From a bacterium (GTDB lineage: Bacteria; Patescibacteriota; Minisyncoccia; UBA6257; GWB1-50-10), in NCBI GenBank assembly GCA_021814835.1, contig JAKAHO010000001.1, forward strand, positions 2,225-59,615: a stretch of 57,391 nt of DNA. The letters run 5' to 3'. The notes under the pieces are model-generated. The model worked only from the letters and a program-made list of their open reading frames with translations. It had not been told where the DNA came from and did not search any database. Shown here piece by piece: positions 32,976 through 41,554 of the stretch (the first letter of the stretch is position 1; every line of letters starts with the position of its first letter). The position numbers and the translations under genes were made by a program.

Positions 32976-33086
32976 ATGAATCCCGTTAGAAGTGCGGGCG
33001 GGACGAATATGCACAGCCATACATTTCAAAACATGCAAATTATGCCGTCGAAAAATACATTAACCATATACTTCTAACGGGATGAA
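32976..33086 (+). mobile_element. start-codon-docked hairpin element E2 (111 bp)
   Basis: ATGA-ATCCCGTTAGAAGT ... ACTTCTAACGGGAT-GAA, a 14-bp perfect stem. The right-hand ATG (33082) is the ychF start codon. Confidence 0.75.
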
Positions 33087-34077
33087 ACTATCCATCGGCA
33101 TTGTCGGCCTCCCGAACGTAGGGAAATCAACGCTCTTTAAGCTCCTCACGAAGCAGGAGATTTTGATTGCAAACTATCCGTTCGCGACCATCGACCCGAA
33201 TGTCGGCGTAGTACCCGTACCCGACGAACGCCTCGCAAAACTCGCAAAACTTTCCGAATCAAAAAAGATTATTCCCGCAGTAGTCGAATTCTACGATATC
33301 GCGGGCCTTGTGAAAGGCGCATCGGAGGGCGAGGGGCTCGGCAACAAATTCCTGGCGCACATAAGAGAGTGCAAGGCAATTGTGCACGTGCTCCGCTGTT
33401 TCCCGTTGGGAGACATTATCCACGTTGAGGGTTCAACCGACCCCCTGCGCGATTTGGATATCATTAAAACGGAACTTATTTTTAAAGACCTCGAAACGGT
33501 GACGAAACGTTTGGATAAGGCGGAAAAGGAGGCGCGATCAGGAGACAAGAAAGCGATTCAGGAGGCAGGAATACTGAAAGCGGTGAAAGAAACTTTGGAA
33601 AAAGGAAACAATACGCGTGCGCATAACAAAGAAGAAATTGTGCGCGAGTTGGGGCTTCTGACCGCGAAGGAGCAGGTATTCCTTTTGAACGGAAAACCGG
33701 AAGATGTCTCCGAAGAATTGAAAAAGAAAATCGCCGAGGAGGGCGGAGGATACGTGATTATGGATCTCGCGAATGCCGAAAACATCGACGAGCTTATCAA
33801 GAAAGCGTACGAGATTTTGAATCTTATAAGTTTTCTCACCACAGGCGAGGACGAAACGCGCGCATGGACAATAGAGAAAGGCTGGAAAGCTCCGCAGGCG
33901 GCAGGAACCATTCACACCGATTTTGAAAAGACATTTATCCGCGCTGAAGTGGTAAATTACAACGACCTTGTTGCGACAGGCGGCTGGAGCCAGGCAAAAC
34001 AGAAGGGAAAGATGCGCCTTGAAGGAAAGGATTACGTAGTGCAGGACGGCGACGTGATGGTTATCCGCCACGGATAA
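33082..34077 (+). CDS. ychF: Obg-like ATPase YchF, short form
   Basis: GIVGLPNVGKSTLF, ANYPFATIDPNVG and FYDIAGLVKGAS motifs, and a C-terminal TGS-like segment RAWTIEKGWKAPQAAGTIHTDFEKTFIRAEV. Confidence 0.9.
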   Translation: MKLSIGIVGLPNVGKSTLFKLLTKQEILIANYPFATIDPNVGVVPVPDERLAKLAKLSESKKIIPAVVEFYDIAGLVKGASEGEGLGNKFLAHIRECKAIVHVLRCFPLGDIIHVEGSTDPLRDLDIIKTELIFKDLETVTKRLDKAEKEARSGDKKAIQEAGILKAVKETLEKGNNTRAHNKEEIVRELGLLTAKEQVFLLNGKPEDVSEELKKKIAEEGGGYVIMDLANAENIDELIKKAYEILNLISFLTTGEDETRAWTIEKGWKAPQAAGTIHTDFEKTFIRAEVVNYNDLVATGGWSQAKQKGKMRLEGKDYVVQDGDVMVIRHG

Positions 34078-34125
34078 GTTACAATAAAAATATACGGCGT
34101 CCGCAAGCAGTTACGGCGTTTTTAT

Positions 34126-34911
34126 ATGGCCCACTACGAACTTCGCCTCGAATATTTTCAGGGACCGATGGACAAACTCCTCGAGCTTATCGAGGAGAAA
34201 AAACTCGAGGTCTCGCGGCTCAGCTTGGCGGAAGTAACCGACAGTTTTCTTAATTACTTAGACCAATTTAAGGTTGCGCTTGAGGCGGAGCAGGGCGAAG
34301 ACTCGCCGCTGTTTAACGCGCCCCCGGAACTCCTCGCGGACTTTTTAGTGGTTGCCTCGCGTCTCTTGCTCATCAAATCAAAGTCACTGCTCCCGTCGCT
34401 CGCGCTCTCAACGGAAGAAGAATCGGAAATACACGACCTTGAGCACCGCCTGAAGCTCTATCAGGAACTGAAAAAAACGCAGGAGCACGTCCGTACGTTC
34501 TGGGGAGAAACGCCGAAAATGTATGCGCGTGAATTTATGTCCGCGCACGAACCGCTCTTCTATCCGCCCTCAAACGCGACTCCCGCAACACTGCACGACG
34601 TCGCAATGAAAATGGCGGGAGATTTGGCACAGCTTTTCAAGCCGAAAGCTACCGTCAAAAACCAGATAGTAAACCTGCGCGCAAAGATTCAGGAAATTGC
34701 CGACCGTATTATTTCCTCTCCCACCACGTTCTCAAACCTTCACGGCGGAAAGGGAACGAGGAGCGACATTGTGGTGCTCTTCCTTGCGGTGCTCCACCTC
34801 ATCAAGCAACAGCTCGCGGACGTAGAGCAAACGGGTCATTTTGGAGAAATGACGATTGCGAAATCGAAGCCCGCCGAATACAATGAGAGACAAGGAAATG
34901 AATCCCGTTAG
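34126..34911 (+). CDS. scpA: segregation and condensation protein A
   Basis: FQGPMDKLLELIEEKKLEVSRLSLAEVTDSFL. Adjacent to scpB. The last codons and the TAG stop lie inside element E3. Confidence 0.85.
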   Translation: MAHYELRLEYFQGPMDKLLELIEEKKLEVSRLSLAEVTDSFLNYLDQFKVALEAEQGEDSPLFNAPPELLADFLVVASRLLLIKSKSLLPSLALSTEEESEIHDLEHRLKLYQELKKTQEHVRTFWGETPKMYAREFMSAHEPLFYPPSNATPATLHDVAMKMAGDLAQLFKPKATVKNQIVNLRAKIQEIADRIISSPTTFSNLHGGKGTRSDIVVLFLAVLHLIKQQLADVEQTGHFGEMTIAKSKPAEYNERQGNESR

Positions 34912-35001
34912 AGTTTTACAAACATAAAATACTAACAATTCTTGATATAAATATGGCCGTGAAAAATGAAAAAAATAATTGTAAAACTCTAACGGGATGA
35001 A
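34898..35001 (+). mobile_element. start-codon-docked hairpin element E3 (104 bp)
   Basis: ATGA-ATCCCGTTAGAGTTTTACAA ... TTGTAAAACTCTAACGGGAT-GAA, a 20-bp perfect stem. The right-hand ATG (34997) is the scpB start codon. Confidence 0.8.
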
Positions 35002-35608
35002 CATTTTTGCGCAAATTGAAGCATTACTCTTCTACTTCGGAGAGGCAATAGACATTAAAAAAGTGGCGGAATTATTGCATATTTCTCAGGAAGAATGCGA
35101 TAAGGCCGTCGGCGAGTGGGCGACCGCGCTCGCAAATGACCCCGCACGGGGAATAACCGTACTCCGTAAGGAAAATAAGGTTCAGCTCGTCACAAAAACA
35201 GAACTCAAATCAATCGGCGAGTCGATTGTGAAAGACGAGTTCCGCGAACAATTGACGCCCGCAGCCCTTGAAACGCTCTCGCTCATTGCGTACCTCGGGC
35301 CCGTTCCGCGCGCGACCATAGACTACGTCCGCGGCGTGAACTCAAGCTTCACGCTCCGCGCGCTCGTAATGCGCGGACTTGTAGAACGATGCGACGAAAA
35401 AGGACTTTCATTTCAATACCGTGTCACCGAAATGTTTATGAAACATATGGGGCTTGCATCGCTCGCTGAGCTTCCCGAACACAATAAGTACCGTGAAATT
35501 CTACGTGAGTTTGAAGCGCAACTGCACGCGACGAACACCCCTGCAGTTCCTGCGACTCCCGCAGTTGAAGCGCCCCCGACTGAGATAAATCCCGAAGAAC
35601 CGGCATAA
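34997..35608 (+). CDS. scpB: segregation and condensation protein B
   Basis: IEALLFYFGEAIDIKKVAELL, LTPAALETLSLIAYLGPVPRATIDYVRGVNS. Confidence 0.85.
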   Translation: MNIFAQIEALLFYFGEAIDIKKVAELLHISQEECDKAVGEWATALANDPARGITVLRKENKVQLVTKTELKSIGESIVKDEFREQLTPAALETLSLIAYLGPVPRATIDYVRGVNSSFTLRALVMRGLVERCDEKGLSFQYRVTEMFMKHMGLASLAELPEHNKYREILREFEAQLHATNTPAVPATPAVEAPPTEINPEEPA

Positions 35609-36546
35609 TGTCATTACGCATACAAGCACTCATACTCGCATTACTTGTTGTAGGAGCAATCGGCATCACGTATGTGTACGACCGCAGAGCCACGGGATCA
35701 GAACAAAAAGCGGACATTGCAACCATCGTCTCGTCCGAAACGGGTGCGTCTCTTTCGAATACGGGCGAACAGGACCGCAGAAAATTTCCGAAGAGGAAGT
35801 GGGAGATACTCGACCCCGCTGTCGACGCCGAAGCAGTAATGATTGTGTCGCTCGACTCGCAATTTCCTTTTTTTAATTATCAGACGTATAAACAGTGGCC
35901 CATCGCCTCCATTTCTAAACTCATCACCGCAACGGTAGTGGCGGAGGATATCGGCTACTCAAAAAGAATTCCTGTAACTGCAACCGCCATCGCGACCGAA
36001 GGCCTTGCGGGAGACTTCACGAGCGGGGAAGTGTACAAGGCGGACGACCTCGTGAAAATTATGCTCCTTACCTCATCGAACGATGCGGCGACAGCATTCG
36101 AGGAGTCCGTTGGGGGGAGAGAACAGTTTGTGGCGCTTCTTAAGAAGAAGCTTGAAGCGATAGGAATGACGCAAACGACAATGGCGGACGCGAGCGGGCT
36201 TTCGGGTCAAAACCAATCGACCGCAAATGATCTTATAAAACTCTCGAAGTACCTTATGGCGCACCACCCCGAAATTATCGAGTGGACACGGCTGCAAAGT
36301 TATATGGTACAGCCCATAAACGACTCAAAAGCGCGGACCGTGTATAATATAGACGCGTTCGTAACGGAAACGCGGTTTATGGGAGGGAAGACCGGTACGT
36401 CACCCGAGGCACGCGAGAATCTGCTCGCATTCTTCTCATTCGGAGGCGAACGGCTCGCATTCATCATTCTCGGCAGCCACGACAGAAAAGGCGAGACCGA
36501 GAAATTGTTGAACTGGGTCCGCACCGCATACGTATTTAATCAATAA
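35608..36546 (+). CDS. D-alanyl-D-alanine carboxypeptidase (serine peptidase S11, PBP5-like)
   Basis: N-terminal TM helix, SISK (SxxK), SSN (SxN) and KTG motifs. Confidence 0.8.
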   Translation: MSLRIQALILALLVVGAIGITYVYDRRATGSEQKADIATIVSSETGASLSNTGEQDRRKFPKRKWEILDPAVDAEAVMIVSLDSQFPFFNYQTYKQWPIASISKLITATVVAEDIGYSKRIPVTATAIATEGLAGDFTSGEVYKADDLVKIMLLTSSNDAATAFEESVGGREQFVALLKKKLEAIGMTQTTMADASGLSGQNQSTANDLIKLSKYLMAHHPEIIEWTRLQSYMVQPINDSKARTVYNIDAFVTETRFMGGKTGTSPEARENLLAFFSFGGERLAFIILGSHDRKGETEKLLNWVRTAYVFNQ

Positions 36547-36555
36547 CTAATCCAC

Positions 36556-37602
36556 ATGATTGCATTCGAAGCTATTCGCGTACTTATTCTCTTCGCGCTC
36601 GCGTTCGTGGTAGCGCTTATCGCAACGCCCTTTATGGTGCGCGTTTTAAAACTTCTGAATGTTAAGAAAACAAATATCCGCGATGAAAAAAGTGCGCCAA
36701 TTTTTTACCAATTCCACAAAAAGAAGGCGGACACGCCGACGATGGGGGGCGTCATTATCTGGGGCACGGTAATAGGCCTCGCGCTTCTCTTCTGGATTCT
36801 GCAGAGCGTCTTTAACGGCTTTGCGAACTATTTCAATTTCGTAAGCCGTTCAGAAACCTACCTTCCGCTCGCGGCGCTCTTCTTCGCGGCGGTAGTGGGC
36901 CTTATGGATGATATTTTCGGCATTATGGGGCGCGGTCCGCACGGGGGAGGGCTTAGCGTTCCGCAAAAGCTCGGTCTTTATACGCTTGTTTCCGCAGTGG
37001 GCGCATGGTGGTTCTATTTCCGCCTCAGCTGGGACGTGCTCTATATTCCGTTCTACGGCAACATTTCGATGGGGTGGTACTACATTCCGTTCTTTATGTT
37101 CATCCTTATCGCTACGGCATTTTCAACGAATGAAACCGATGGGTTGGATGGTCTTGCGGGCGGTACGCTCTTTTTCGCATTCGGCGCGCTCGCCATCATC
37201 TCGTTTGCCACACACCGCTTTGACCTCGCAGCAATGAATGCGGTCATCCTTGGCGCGCTCCTCGCATTCCTCTGGTTCAATATCTACCCTGCGCGCTTCT
37301 TTATGGGCGACACGGGGTCAATGTCCCTCGGTATTACGCTCGGCGTAATGGTGATGCTCACGAATACCGCACTCTTTTTGCCGTTCTTTGGCTCGATTCT
37401 TATCTTCGAATCCATCACGGTCATCATTCAGATGTTGAGTAAAAAGTTCCGCAAGAAAAAAGTATTCCTCTCGACGCCTATTCACCATCATTTCGAAGCG
37501 CTCGGCTGGCCCGAAAGCCAGATTACGATGCGTTTCTGGATTATCACTATCGTAACGACAACACTCGGCCTCGCGCTCTTCTTCCTCGCGCGGTTCTTCT
37601 AG
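36556..37602 (+). CDS. mraY: phospho-N-acetylmuramoyl-pentapeptide transferase
   Basis: KKADTPTMGG, NETDGLDGLAGG and FMGDTGSMSLG motifs, 10 TM helices. Confidence 0.9.
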   Translation: MIAFEAIRVLILFALAFVVALIATPFMVRVLKLLNVKKTNIRDEKSAPIFYQFHKKKADTPTMGGVIIWGTVIGLALLFWILQSVFNGFANYFNFVSRSETYLPLAALFFAAVVGLMDDIFGIMGRGPHGGGLSVPQKLGLYTLVSAVGAWWFYFRLSWDVLYIPFYGNISMGWYYIPFFMFILIATAFSTNETDGLDGLAGGTLFFAFGALAIISFATHRFDLAAMNAVILGALLAFLWFNIYPARFFMGDTGSMSLGITLGVMVMLTNTALFLPFFGSILIFESITVIIQMLSKKFRKKKVFLSTPIHHHFEALGWPESQITMRFWIITIVTTTLGLALFFLARFF

Positions 37603-37650
37603 TACTCCACAGCGCGCAATAGACTCAAATAGAGTAAAATAAGTAGTGGG

Positions 37651-39147
37651 ATGACCACGCTTATTAAGAACGGTCTTGTATATGACGGAACGGGCACTGC
37701 GCCCGTAAAAAAGGATATTTTGATACGCGGAGAACGCATTGCAAAATGCGGTACTATATCGCGTACGCACGCAGAGACCGTCATTGACGCAACGGGCGCG
37801 GTAATAACGCCCGGGTTCATTGATGTAAACGCCCACTCGGACCACTATATGTCGCTCTTCTATGAGCCGCACCAAGAAGACTTGGTGCGTCAGGGCATTA
37901 CGACCATAATCGGCGGTAATTGCGGAGTTTCGCTTGCGCCCCTTGTGGACGGCTCGCTCCGCACCATTCACGAATGGGGGAATGAAACGCATACAAACGT
38001 AAATTGGACGAGCGTGAAGCAATTCTATGCGATGCTGAAGCGCAGGGGACTCGGCATAAACTTCGGCATGCTTGCGGGGCACACGACCATCCGCGAAGCG
38101 ATTACCCGCGGGAAATTCCGCGATCTTACGGAAAGCGAAATCAGACTTTTTAAACACGTGCTTGCGCGCGCAATAAAAGACGGCGCGCTTGGGCTTTCAA
38201 CGGGGCTCGGCCATACGCACGCGGAACGCACGCCGCACCACGAGCTTGTGGAGCTCGCAAAAGTTGTTGCAGCGCATAAGGGTATATATGCAACGCACCT
38301 GCGCGATGTGCGCGACGAACTGCTCGCCTCAATTGAGGAAACAATAATGCTCGCCTCGGAAACTGGGGCAAATGTGCAGATTCTCCACCTGCAACCCCTG
38401 AAATCACACCGCGAACAGTACACGGAGGCGGCGCGAATGATTCAGAAAGAATCTGCGCGTCTTCATATCAACTTTGATGTGAATCCCTTTGATACGGCGA
38501 CGATGCTTATCTACGAACTCCTGCCGCGCTGGTTCCGCGAAGAACGGCTCGAGACAATGCATAAGAATATAAAAGTTCCGCATGCGCGTGAACGCCTCAT
38601 TGCACACTTTAAAGCAACCGCGCCGCGCGACTGTATGCTCGCGCACATACCGCACCCCTCGCTCAAATTCCTCGAAGGGCGCTCCATCCGCGAGTTCGGC
38701 ACACGAAGCGGCATTTCATATGAAGAAGCGATTCTGAAAATTATGGATATCACGAACCTACGCGCCACTGTTTCGGCAAAAATAGTGGACGCTGAGTTGC
38801 GCGACGCATATATCGCGCACCCGAATTCGTTTATCGCAACAAACAGCGCGAGCTTCAGCAAAAAAGAATTTAAATATATTCCGAGCACCGACACCTACCC
38901 CGCACTTCTGCGTATGGCGGCGGAGTCAGAAACTATCCGTACCGAACACGCAATCGAGAAGTCAACATCGCTGCCTGCGAAAAAATACGGTATCGCGAAA
39001 CGCGGTGAAATCGGCGAAGGCAATTTCGCCGACATTGTGGTGCATGAAAATTTCCGTCCCGCGCACGTGTTTGTAAACGGCACATGTGTGCTCGATGGCG
39101 GGGAACTGGTAAAACACTTGAAGGGCGCGATTATTAAACGAGCGTAA
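37651..39147 (+). CDS. amidohydrolase-family protein, D-aminoacylase (N-acyl-D-amino-acid deacylase)-like
   Basis: LIKNGLVYDGTG..VIDATGAVITPGFIDVNAHSDHY, followed by an Amidohydro_3-like remainder. Confidence 0.7.
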   Translation: MTTLIKNGLVYDGTGTAPVKKDILIRGERIAKCGTISRTHAETVIDATGAVITPGFIDVNAHSDHYMSLFYEPHQEDLVRQGITTIIGGNCGVSLAPLVDGSLRTIHEWGNETHTNVNWTSVKQFYAMLKRRGLGINFGMLAGHTTIREAITRGKFRDLTESEIRLFKHVLARAIKDGALGLSTGLGHTHAERTPHHELVELAKVVAAHKGIYATHLRDVRDELLASIEETIMLASETGANVQILHLQPLKSHREQYTEAARMIQKESARLHINFDVNPFDTATMLIYELLPRWFREERLETMHKNIKVPHARERLIAHFKATAPRDCMLAHIPHPSLKFLEGRSIREFGTRSGISYEEAILKIMDITNLRATVSAKIVDAELRDAYIAHPNSFIATNSASFSKKEFKYIPSTDTYPALLRMAAESETIRTEHAIEKSTSLPAKKYGIAKRGEIGEGNFADIVVHENFRPAHVFVNGTCVLDGGELVKHLKGAIIKRA

Positions 39148-39150
39148 CCA

Positions 39151-40287
39151 ATGGCATTTTTTACGAAAAGTCCGAGAGCGGGAGCGGCTGATTATGTATT
39201 CATCGGATTTCTTGTATTTCTCATCGTATTCGGCCTTGTGATGCTCACAAGCGCGTCATCCGAACTCTCGAAAAACGAGTTCAATGACAGCATGTACTAC
39301 CTGAAGCACCAGCTCGCGAACGGCATACTGCCGGGCATTGCGGGCTTCTTTATCGGTTACTTTGTGTATTACCGCAGGTGGGAAAAAGCCGCGCCATTCC
39401 TGCTCATTGTCGGTATTCTTGCGCTGCTACTCGTATTCACCCCGCTCGTACTTCACGCAAAGGGAGGCGACAGGTGGGTGAATTTCGGCGCATTTTCATT
39501 CCAACCCGGAGAACTTATGAAACTGCTGTTCTTTGTGTATCTATCCGCATGGATAAGCAAAGGGCAACAGCGCGGAAAAAGTTTCTGGGGAGGCTTAGCT
39601 CCCTTTACTATACTCGTGGGGCTCGTAGTGCTTCTGCTCCTTATGCAGCCCGCGACCTCGACGGCAGCGCTTATATTCTTTACCTCGTTACTCGTATATT
39701 TTACATCGGGCGCAAACATCCGCTTCGTCGCCGCATTGGTACTCGCGGCGAGCCTCGGCGCAATCGCTATTGTCCTCATTAATCCTTTCTCAAGCGGCAA
39801 TTATCGCTCGACCCGCATTCAGACATATTTAAATTCGAGCGCGGATCCCTCAGGCGCGGGATACCACATCAACCAGGCGCAAACCGCAATCGGCTCAGGC
39901 GGAATATTCGGCGTGGGATTCGGAAAATCAACAACAAAGATTCACTACCTTCCCGAACCGATGGGTGATTCAATTTTTGCGGTGATAGGAGAGGAGCTGG
40001 GTTTTGTGGGCGCAATGTCGTTCATCGTGCTCTACCTCGCGTTCATTTGGCGCGGACTTAAAATTGCGCGGCGCGCAGGCGACAACTTCGGGCGGTATCT
40101 TGCCACAAGTTTTATGTGTCTATTCGGATTGCAGGCATTCGTAAACATCGGCGCAATATCGGGAGTCATACCAATGACGGGAATTCCGCTGCCGTTTGTA
40201 AGCTACGGAGGAACATCGCTCGCAATTTCTTTGACCATGTGCGGCATCATTGCTAACATATCAAGATACAAGCGCAGCGCAGCATAA
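39151..40287 (+). CDS. ftsW: SEDS-family peptidoglycan glycosyltransferase FtsW/RodA
   Basis: FQPGELMKL, TDSIFAVIGEELGF-like PMGDSIFAVIGEELGFVG, PLPFVSYGGTS. Sits in dcw context between mraY and murG. Confidence 0.85.
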   Translation: MAFFTKSPRAGAADYVFIGFLVFLIVFGLVMLTSASSELSKNEFNDSMYYLKHQLANGILPGIAGFFIGYFVYYRRWEKAAPFLLIVGILALLLVFTPLVLHAKGGDRWVNFGAFSFQPGELMKLLFFVYLSAWISKGQQRGKSFWGGLAPFTILVGLVVLLLLMQPATSTAALIFFTSLLVYFTSGANIRFVAALVLAASLGAIAIVLINPFSSGNYRSTRIQTYLNSSADPSGAGYHINQAQTAIGSGGIFGVGFGKSTTKIHYLPEPMGDSIFAVIGEELGFVGAMSFIVLYLAFIWRGLKIARRAGDNFGRYLATSFMCLFGLQAFVNIGAISGVIPMTGIPLPFVSYGGTSLAISLTMCGIIANISRYKRSAA

Positions 40288-40297
40288 TTTTCCGACA

Positions 40298-40400
40298 ATG
40301 AATCCCGTGAGAGTTTTGGAAACATAAATATACGAAAAACAAAAATATTTTAAAGGTTTGATAAACGAAAATGATAATTGTAAAACTCTAACGGGATGAA
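40298..40400 (+). mobile_element. start-codon-docked hairpin element E4 (103 bp)
   Basis: ATGA-ATCCCGTGAGAGTTTTGGAA ... TTGTAAAACTCTAACGGGAT-GAA, a 20-position stem with 2 mismatches and 1 G-T pair. The right-hand ATG (40396) is the murG start codon. Confidence 0.8.
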
Positions 40401-41520
40401 TATTCGCATTGCATTAGCGGGAGGGGGAACAGGCGGACACTTATATCCGCTGCTTGCGGTTGCGGACGCATTGCGAGCAGTCGCAAAAAACGACGTGCGC
40501 ATTTCATATTTCGGCCCTGAGCACGCGCTTATCAACGAGTTTGAAGCACGCGATATAAAAATCTACGGCATAGCATCGAGCAAATTACGGCGGTATGCAT
40601 CAGTTGAAAACGTTCTCGATTTTCCGAAATTTATCTGGAGTATTTTTCAAGCGCTCGCAAAACTTTATACAGAGATGCCCAACGTGGTCTTCTCAAAGGG
40701 CGGTCCGGGCGCGCTTCCCGTTGTTCTCGCCGCACGCTGGTATATGATTCCCATCGTAATACACGAGTCCGATGCGGTGCCGGGTCTTACAAACACCATC
40801 TCATCAAAATATGCAGCGCGTATTCTTCTTGCGTTTAAAGAAGCTGAAAACTTTTTCCCGAAAGGAAAAACGCGTGTAGTGGGCAATCCCGTCCGTGCGA
40901 TGTTTACGTCGCGCGTAAGCGACCAAAAACAAGCAAAGACAAGCCTTCAATTCGACCCCGAAAAACCTCTCGCGGTTATGCTCGGAGGCTCTCAGGGCTC
41001 GCAGAGGGTCAATACGTTCGTACTCGACAACCTCGACCAATTTCTGCCCGCGTTTCAGATTGCGCATCAGACAGGCTTCGACAATTTCGTTATTGCACGC
41101 GCCCAAGCTGCGTCTATGACGCAACGGATGGATCCGATACTTCAAAATCAGTACAAGCCATACGGATACCTCGCCGCCGATCAGATGAAGACGCTTTTTG
41201 ACGCCGCAGACATCATCATCTCCCGCGCAGGCTCGGGCGCAATATTCGAAATAGCCGCGACTGGGAAGCCCGCGATACTTATCCCATTAAGCGACGCGGC
41301 GCAGGACCACCAGAGAGCAAACGCATATGCGTATGCGGCGACAGGAGCGGCATTCGTCATTGAAGAGGCGAACTTTACCGCAAACCTCGTACTCACGAAG
41401 ATTGGCACTATTTTGAAGGACGCCAGCGCGCTCGAGAGGGTGCGTACCGCCGCTCAGAACTTCTTTAAGCCGAACGCCGCCCATGACATCGCTCTTGAGG
41501 TCTTAAGCGCGGTAAAATAG
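40396..41520 (+). CDS. murG: UDP-N-acetylglucosamine--N-acetylmuramyl-(pentapeptide) pyrophosphoryl-undecaprenol GlcNAc transferase
   Basis: LAGGGTGGHLYPLLAVA, GGSQGS, SRAGSGAIFEIAATGKPAILIP. Confidence 0.9.
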   Translation: MNIRIALAGGGTGGHLYPLLAVADALRAVAKNDVRISYFGPEHALINEFEARDIKIYGIASSKLRRYASVENVLDFPKFIWSIFQALAKLYTEMPNVVFSKGGPGALPVVLAARWYMIPIVIHESDAVPGLTNTISSKYAARILLAFKEAENFFPKGKTRVVGNPVRAMFTSRVSDQKQAKTSLQFDPEKPLAVMLGGSQGSQRVNTFVLDNLDQFLPAFQIAHQTGFDNFVIARAQAASMTQRMDPILQNQYKPYGYLAADQMKTLFDAADIIISRAGSGAIFEIAATGKPAILIPLSDAAQDHQRANAYAYAATGAAFVIEEANFTANLVLTKIGTILKDASALERVRTAAQNFFKPNAAHDIALEVLSAVK

Positions 41521-41542
41521 TGACTAATACTGCATTTTAGGG

Positions 41543-41548
41543 TATACT
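41543..41548 (+). promoter_or_regulatory. -10 box TATACT, leaderless geometry
   Basis: 6 nt between TATACT and gltX ATG 41555. Confidence 0.45.
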
Positions 41549-41554
41549 AGCCCT

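Noticed and set aside
34898-35001. Could the elements be introns, or translational-bypass (gene 60-like hop) segments with ATGAA as take-off and landing sites?
   Set aside because: They are too short and lack any group I or group II core motifs. Removing E3 does not create an in-frame scpA-scpB fusion. The upstream genes at E4 and E5 terminate before the element, so there is nothing to bypass. Only the matched ATGAA repeats support the idea, and these are explained more simply as a target duplication.
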